Source of the DNA: a virus
Taxonomy: Duplodnaviria; Caudoviricetes
Length of the DNA stretch: 62,091 nucleotides
Strand: one strand, 5' to 3'
Virus record (IMG/VR): IMGVR_UViG_3300031228_000005
Span: 1 to 62,091 of that record
The translations under genes were made by a program, and so were the position numbers. Within the stretch, counting starts at the first letter, position 1. Every line of letters starts with the position of its first letter. This document shows, one piece after another, positions 57,359-62,091 of this stretch. Under the pieces are notes generated by a model. That model was not told the origin of the DNA, searched no databases, and was given only the letters and a program-made list of their open reading frames with translations.

Positions 57359-57815
57359 GTTGCTTCGGTCCCTTCTCCTTCTGAATCCACGGAAGCCTCA
57401 CGGATGTGAAACCTCGGGCGATGCTGGCAGAGGCATAACCCCACTCGATCACACCCGCGTCGGCCAGTGCCGTGAGCAGGGTGGTGTACTTCTCGTTTGT
57501 GATCCCCTCAGGCACGTCCACGTACAGGTGGAAGTGGCCGGGGGTGGTGCTCGGCATCAGCCACGCGGGGTGGTCGATGTCCAGCACCAGTGCGTGACGT
57601 GCCTGTCCGTCTGGCGCGGTACTGTGCTGGCTCGTCACCACGTTGGCGTCTTGCAGGTCAGTGACGAATGCTCGGTCACCCGGTCGGTTATCATCCTTGG
57701 TCTGGCTGTCATCGTTGCCCCAGTCGAGCACGCGATACAGCCGCAACTTCAACGTGATCAGTTCGAGGAACTGCGAGCCGTAGGTGGAACTGCCAAGTCG
57801 CTGCTTGGTGATCAT
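57351..57815 (-). CDS. Hypothetical protein
   Basis: H..VLDID...PSTTPGHFHLY motif. Confidence 0.7.
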   Translation of the reverse strand: MITKQRLGSSTYGSQFLELITLKLRLYRVLDWGNDDSQTKDDNRPGDRAFVTDLQDANVVTSQHSTAPDGQARHALVLDIDHPAWLMPSTTPGHFHLYVDVPEGITNEKYTTLLTALADAGVIEWGYASASIARGFTSVRLPWIQKEKGPKQHD

Positions 57816-57993
57816 GGCTCGCACCTCCCACTCGGCAGAGCGTGGCCCGCGCACCACGTGTCATCGCAGTAGTACCAGCCCTCGTCGTAGTCCATGTCCT
57901 CGTCCTCGAACACAGTGGCCTCGTCCAACTCGGTGTCCTCGCCGTCGAGGTCCGCCCCGTGCTGTGCCTTGAGGTTCGCGTCGTAGTCCCTCA

Positions 57994-58266
57994 TCACACA
58001 CTCGCCTTGATGCGGTTCTCGCGCTCGGGTGCGTCGTACACCAGCACGAGGTTGCGGTACCTGAGCATGTGCTCCCACGTCTTGCCGTTGCCCCCGCCAG
58101 TGGAGTGCCACAGCCTGTCATCGAACCTGCGCTGCCACGCCTGACCGAAGGGGCCGTTGATCAGCACGATACTGCCGGGGTGCGGCTCGAACAGTTCAGC
58201 GGTGGGGAGTATGCATCGGGCTCGGTCGTCGGTCATGGGGATCAGGCGGCTGTTCATGGTGGTCAT
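57994..58266 (-). CDS. Hypothetical protein
   Basis: ORF in - strand operon. Confidence 0.6.
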   Translation of the reverse strand: MTTMNSRLIPMTDDRARCILPTAELFEPHPGSIVLINGPFGQAWQRRFDDRLWHSTGGGNGKTWEHMLRYRNLVLVYDAPERENRIKASV

Positions 58267-58335
58267 CTCTTGTCTCTCGTCTCTGTGTGGTGGGGTGTGA
58301 CGGGGATGCGGGTCGAAGACACCCCCGCCACACGT

Positions 58336-58593
58336 TCAGGTGGGGTCGGGCAGGCTCCGAAGAACCCGCTCGACCAGTTCGGGCTGATCGGTTTGGAAGC
58401 CGAGCAACAGGGCCGTCATGTCCAGCACTGCTTTGTTGTGCGCCCGCTTCTGGTCATTGCCCCCGTCCGTCAGCATGTCGGCTGCCAGATACAGCAGGCC
58501 CGTCGCCGGGATCGTGGTAGCCACAGCCCGGAGCAGGATCGCGAAGTCGCTGATCCTCGCGGGCTCCGGGTTTCCAGAAACTGCGCCGCTCAT
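58336..58593 (-). CDS. Hypothetical protein
   Basis: ATGA overlap with VWA stop. Confidence 0.6.
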   Translation of the reverse strand: MSGAVSGNPEPARISDFAILLRAVATTIPATGLLYLAADMLTDGGNDQKRAHNKAVLDMTALLLGFQTDQPELVERVLRSLPDPT

Positions 58594-60665
58594 AGCAGTG
58601 CCCTCGCCGCTTCGTCCCACACCTGCTCGGGGTGCTTCGCGTTGTAGCGCAGCACCTTGGAGGTACCCCGCTGGATCACGCAACCCCGCAGGATCTCGGG
58701 GAGGTTCGAGCCCCGGTCGGTGTAGTCGTGCGGTGCGACCGTGACCATGTTGACCCCGGCTGCCATCGCCTGACTGATCCTCGGACCCGAGTGCCGGGCG
58801 CCGAACAACTGCCAGTCGGTGAACTGCACCAGCAGGCGGTGCTCCGGTCGCTCCCCGATGTCGAAGAAGCCGGGCATCTGCTCCTCCACCAGATCGAGGG
58901 CCTCGGCCATGGCGCTCGTGCCCTCGGCGCACGGCACCTCGCGGATACCGGGGAGCGTCTGCCCGTTCTTCTGGATCACCCGAGCGTCGTTGCCCCAGTG
59001 GATCAGCGTCGACTCCAACTGCTGGCCTCGACCCGCGAAGTTGCGCAGGTCCAGAGCCGCGCTCGCCAGCGCCCAAGACAGCAGGGCACTCGGCTTCTGC
59101 AACTCGTTCATCGAGGACGACACATCCACGAGGATGGCGACCTTGACCGGAGGACTGGACTCGACCTCGCGGCGGGTGCGCTTGAAGAACCTCGGCTCAC
59201 GTGTTCCGCCGTCTGCCTTCCACGCGGCCAGCGCAGCGGCATCGACCGTCGCGCTCGGTGACTCGGACAGGGACACCACGCTCGTCTCCGTGGGGGAGAT
59301 GAGGTCGCGAAGGAATCGCTCGGCACCCTTCTGGATGTTGCGCTCCTCCTTGGTCGGGGCACGCCAGCCGCCACCCCTGTTGCCCTCGCCGCCAGCACCA
59401 CCGGACAGGCCACCCGTCTCCATCGGGGGAGTCTTGGCCTCCTCGTCCTTGGCCTCACCCTTGGCGTCGAACTTGGACCGGGCCTCCATCTCAGCCAGTT
59501 CCGCAGCCAGTTCCTCATCAGCCTCGGAGGGCTCGGTGCTATCGCTAGCACCGTCCTCATCCTCGCCCCCCTCGCTGTCCTCAGAGCCGTCTCCCGGCTC
59601 CTCGTCCTCGGGCTGGCCCTCTGCCCCACCGGACTCCTGCTCGGCGCTCTCGCCCCCCTCCTCGCCAGCCTCAGCCTCTGCGTCGAGGGTGCACTCATCG
59701 AACTCACACCCGGAGTTGGGCTGGGGCATGTCGTCGGCATCGGTTTCTGGAAACAGCAGGGCCAGCACGTCGCGAGCGTGGTCGATCATGGTTGACCCCT
59801 TGTCATCCTCGCACCGGAGCATGGCGATGAGCAGGTCCATGACGTGCTTGGTGTCGGCGTGTGCGTCACCGAGGACTCCGAGACCACCATCGTCCCGTTC
59901 AGACATGTGCTTCACCAGCGTCATGTGAAGCAGGGTCGTGAAGTCCTGCACCCAGTCACGCGGGGTGTGGCTGTTGTCGTGTGCGAACACCGCGATCTGT
60001 CGCCCGGCTCGCAGTGCCCACGAGGTGATCAGGTCCATGATCTTCTGGTTGGCATCGGTGATGGTGAGCACCGTGGTCGGGATCAGGTGGGCCGCGCTCG
60101 CACGCATGGTCCAGTCCAGCCCAGCCGCGCCGATCTTCGCAGCGTCGCGAGCCTGCAACCCCTCGATGCGCGGCTCCTCCATCATCCGGGCCAGTGCGAT
60201 GATCGCCTTGGTCGGCACGGCCCCGTCGCTGTGACGGGCGGGCGTGACCCTCGCCTGCTCGGCGGTGCGGGGCAGCCAGTGCGAGTGCCGTGCGTGGCCC
60301 GCCTCGTGCAACATGCACCCGGTGAGCACCGCCTCCTGCCGCAGCCGGAACGGGGTCACCGTGTTGAGCACCCGGTGCGGGTTGAGGATCAGCGACTCGT
60401 GGAACGTGAAGGTCCGGGTCGTGTGGTCCACGTCCGCGAACGGGCTGGCGCTGGGGGTGCCGAACACCAGCGTGGCGTCGGACCAGCCACTCCACTCGCG
60501 GATCTTCTTGTTCAGTGCTCGGATCGCGTCACCGGAAATCTGCACTGGCTGTACCTCGACAGGCGCGGGCTTCTCAGGTGCAGCCGGGGTGGTGCTAGGC
60601 GTAGCACCGGCTGCCTTGGTGGACGGGGTGCCGAGTGCGTTGGAGACATCTTGCTTGAGACCCAT
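58590..60665 (-). CDS. VWA-domain protein (CobT-like) with HExxH motif
   Basis: HEAGH...EEPRIE, acidic linker, MIDAS DVSSSM, GT, QFTD. Confidence 0.85.
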   Translation of the reverse strand: MGLKQDVSNALGTPSTKAAGATPSTTPAAPEKPAPVEVQPVQISGDAIRALNKKIREWSGWSDATLVFGTPSASPFADVDHTTRTFTFHESLILNPHRVLNTVTPFRLRQEAVLTGCMLHEAGHARHSHWLPRTAEQARVTPARHSDGAVPTKAIIALARMMEEPRIEGLQARDAAKIGAAGLDWTMRASAAHLIPTTVLTITDANQKIMDLITSWALRAGRQIAVFAHDNSHTPRDWVQDFTTLLHMTLVKHMSERDDGGLGVLGDAHADTKHVMDLLIAMLRCEDDKGSTMIDHARDVLALLFPETDADDMPQPNSGCEFDECTLDAEAEAGEEGGESAEQESGGAEGQPEDEEPGDGSEDSEGGEDEDGASDSTEPSEADEELAAELAEMEARSKFDAKGEAKDEEAKTPPMETGGLSGGAGGEGNRGGGWRAPTKEERNIQKGAERFLRDLISPTETSVVSLSESPSATVDAAALAAWKADGGTREPRFFKRTRREVESSPPVKVAILVDVSSSMNELQKPSALLSWALASAALDLRNFAGRGQQLESTLIHWGNDARVIQKNGQTLPGIREVPCAEGTSAMAEALDLVEEQMPGFFDIGERPEHRLLVQFTDWQLFGARHSGPRISQAMAAGVNMVTVAPHDYTDRGSNLPEILRGCVIQRGTSKVLRYNAKHPEQVWDEAARALL

Positions 60666-60697
60666 GGCGAGCCTCCTCTCTGTTGGATGGAGTGGTG

Positions 60698-60997
60698 CTA
60701 CTGGTTTCTGGAAACCTCGGTCTGTCTGAGGATCGCGGCGATCTGAACGATCGCGTTGTAGTCGTCGCCAAAGTCGTCATCGAACAAGGCCCTCATCCGC
60801 TCGATGCTCTGCTCGAAGGTGAGCGGTGCGGGTGGGGGCTCGACCTCGAAGTAGATGGTGTCCGGGAACAGGGTCGCGGACTTGGCTACGTGCTCGGCTG
60901 TCCACACATCCACGCTGTCACCCATCTGATCGATGCAGAGCACACCGTTCTCGTCGGTCGCGGCGTAGTAGAACGTCATCAGATGTTCCTCTCCCAT
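60698..60997 (-). CDS. Hypothetical protein
   Basis: ORF between AAA and VWA genes. Confidence 0.55.
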   Translation of the reverse strand: MGEEHLMTFYYAATDENGVLCIDQMGDSVDVWTAEHVAKSATLFPDTIYFEVEPPPAPLTFEQSIERMRALFDDDFGDDYNAIVQIAAILRQTEVSRNQ

Positions 60998-61115
60998 GAG
61001 TGATCAACGATCCGATAGCGGCCTTTGTCCACGATGACCTTGGCCCTCTTGTACCCGTGCAACCTGTTGATGGAGGTGGCGTAGCCCAGAGCGGGGATGA
61101 GATACCTGTAATGCA

Positions 61116-62091
61116 TCACGACACCACCAGTCGACCGTCGTCACGGATGACACCGCCGATGTAGGCGATGACCTGATCCCGAACCTGCTTGCGCTGGGAC
61201 TCGGGGCAGTGCTCGGGCAGGAACGCGGACACAGCCTGAGCCGCGTCGACACCCAGCCAGTAGTCAGCCAGCCGCATCTCACGGATGGCCGGACGCCACA
61301 GGCCAGCGGTACCCAGCGCCTCCCACGCAGCGACCACCGACTCATCGATGGACAGGTCACGCAGCATCGCCGCGCTCGTCTCGATGGTCAGCGTGGTCGA
61401 CGCACACCGCGAGGCCACCGGCTCGGGCAGGCTGGCACCACGGACCATCGGGTTCGAGGACAGGATCAGCCGGAAGTTCGGGTGGATCTCCAAGGCCGAG
61501 CCATCCACATTCCCCTCGGGCAGGAACCTGCGACCGTCAGCGAGCGGGTAGATCAGCGGCTTGACACCGTCGACCAGCAGCATCGCCTCGTCCAAGTACA
61601 GCCAGTGCCCGTGCTTGGCGGCGTACGGGATGGGGCCGAGCGTGTACGGGGTGCCGTCATCGCCGCGCCCCTCGCCCATGAACCGGAGGAACAGAGCGTC
61701 CTTCGTGTGGTCCGGGGTGCAGACCACGGTCGTGACCTCGGCCTCGGCGTGCGTGGCACCCGCCTCGACCAGTGCGGTCTTGCCAGTGCCGGGGTCACCG
61801 AGCAGGAGGACGGCGCCGACCATGTTGCGCGGCGCTGCCATCCATGCGACGACGGTCTCCACGTCGGTGTCGTAGTCACCGATGCCGGACCGGGACAGGT
61901 ACATGTTGCCCATGTCCGGGGAGAAGGACTTGCACGTCTTGGTCTCCCCGTGCACGCCCCTGTGACCAGTGGTCTTGCCCTTGTGGCAGGTACCGAGCGT
62001 CTCTGCCCCCTTGAAACGGGGGAACAGCCAGCGCTCGATGTCGGTGGTGTTGGCCTCCTCCCACTCACCGTTGCCGCCGTTGCTATCGATG
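61116..62091 (-). CDS. MoxR/CbbQ-type AAA+ ATPase (start at 186 across junction)
   Basis: Walker A GDPGTGKT, Walker B LYLDEA, IHPNFRLILSSNP, LPEPVASR. Confidence 0.9.
   Translation of the reverse strand, partial: IDSNGGNGEWEEANTTDIERWLFPRFKGAETLGTCHKGKTTGHRGVHGETKTCKSFSPDMGNMYLSRSGIGDYDTDVETVVAWMAAPRNMVGAVLLLGDPGTGKTALVEAGATHAEAEVTTVVCTPDHTKDALFLRFMGEGRGDDGTPYTLGPIPYAAKHGHWLYLDEAMLLVDGVKPLIYPLADGRRFLPEGNVDGSALEIHPNFRLILSSNPMVRGASLPEPVASRCASTTLTIETSAAMLRDLSIDESVVAAWEALGTAGLWRPAIREMRLADYWLGVDAAQAVSAFLPEHCPESQRKQVRDQVIAYIGGVIRDDGRLVVS
61980..62091. repeat. Terminal direct repeat / circular overlap, copy 2
   Basis: Matches 1-112 with one mismatch. Confidence 0.97.

Larger units (their letters stand above)
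207..60715. repeat. Dispersed 12-bp pseudo-palindrome GTTTC-(CA|TG|CG)-GAAAC, 50 copies
   Basis: Manual starts: 207,418,2086*,3157*,4133,5295,6239,6959,8065,8158,9944,12521,13798,15238,15902,16383,17325,18959,20141,22113,24102,24864,25721,26161,28390,29807,31062,34260,35642,37510,39212,40536,41857,43085,44577,45604,46467,47792,48454,49858,50828,51939,52966,54261,55083,56384,57323,58570,59743,60704 (*=CG centre). Confidence 0.97.

Noticed and set aside
207-60715. 12-bp repeats as a CRISPR array or IS ends
   Set aside because: Too short, ~1.2 kb apart, mostly inside intact genes, with no transposase or target duplications seen.
207-60715. 12-bp motif as canonical parS of a plasmid-prophage
   Set aside because: Spacer is 2 bp instead of 4, sites are not clustered, and no ParA/ParB is recognisable; kept only as a resemblance.
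1-62091. Integrase, immunity repressor, tRNA genes
   Set aside because: None recognised by eye; a tRNAscan/HMM run is needed to exclude them.

Overview
This window is an apparently complete, circularly permuted genome of a high-GC tailed actinobacteriophage (siphovirus-like). The unit length is about 61,979 bp; positions 1-112 repeat at 61980-62091 with one synonymous mismatch. The + strand arm (about 8.5-39.2 kb) holds the virion and lysis genes: terminase, portal, a Nudix-fused maturation protease, capsid hexamer- and pentamer-type proteins, two tail-tube paralogs, lysin/holin, tape measure and minor tail proteins. The - strand arm (7.5 kb across the junction to 39.2 kb) holds small early genes, a MoxR-type AAA+/VWA pair, a Cas4-like nuclease, SSB, family A polymerase, SNF2-like helicase, primase, AAA helicase and a glycan-modification set. 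I saw no integrase, ParA, RT, tRNA or CRISPR. The most striking unexplained signal is the 12-bp pseudo-palindrome GTTTC(CA/TG/CG)GAAAC. By manual count it occurs 50 times, spaced unusually evenly (about every 1.2 kb) around the whole genome, and is written into coding sequences with rare codons. Other candidates are a second palindrome GTGCTA-N4-6-TAGCAC restricted to the early arc, a membrane-anchored third copy of the tail-tube protein, two structured non-coding regions and a prfB-like +1 frameshift site. All calls come from reading motifs by eye; no database searches were run.
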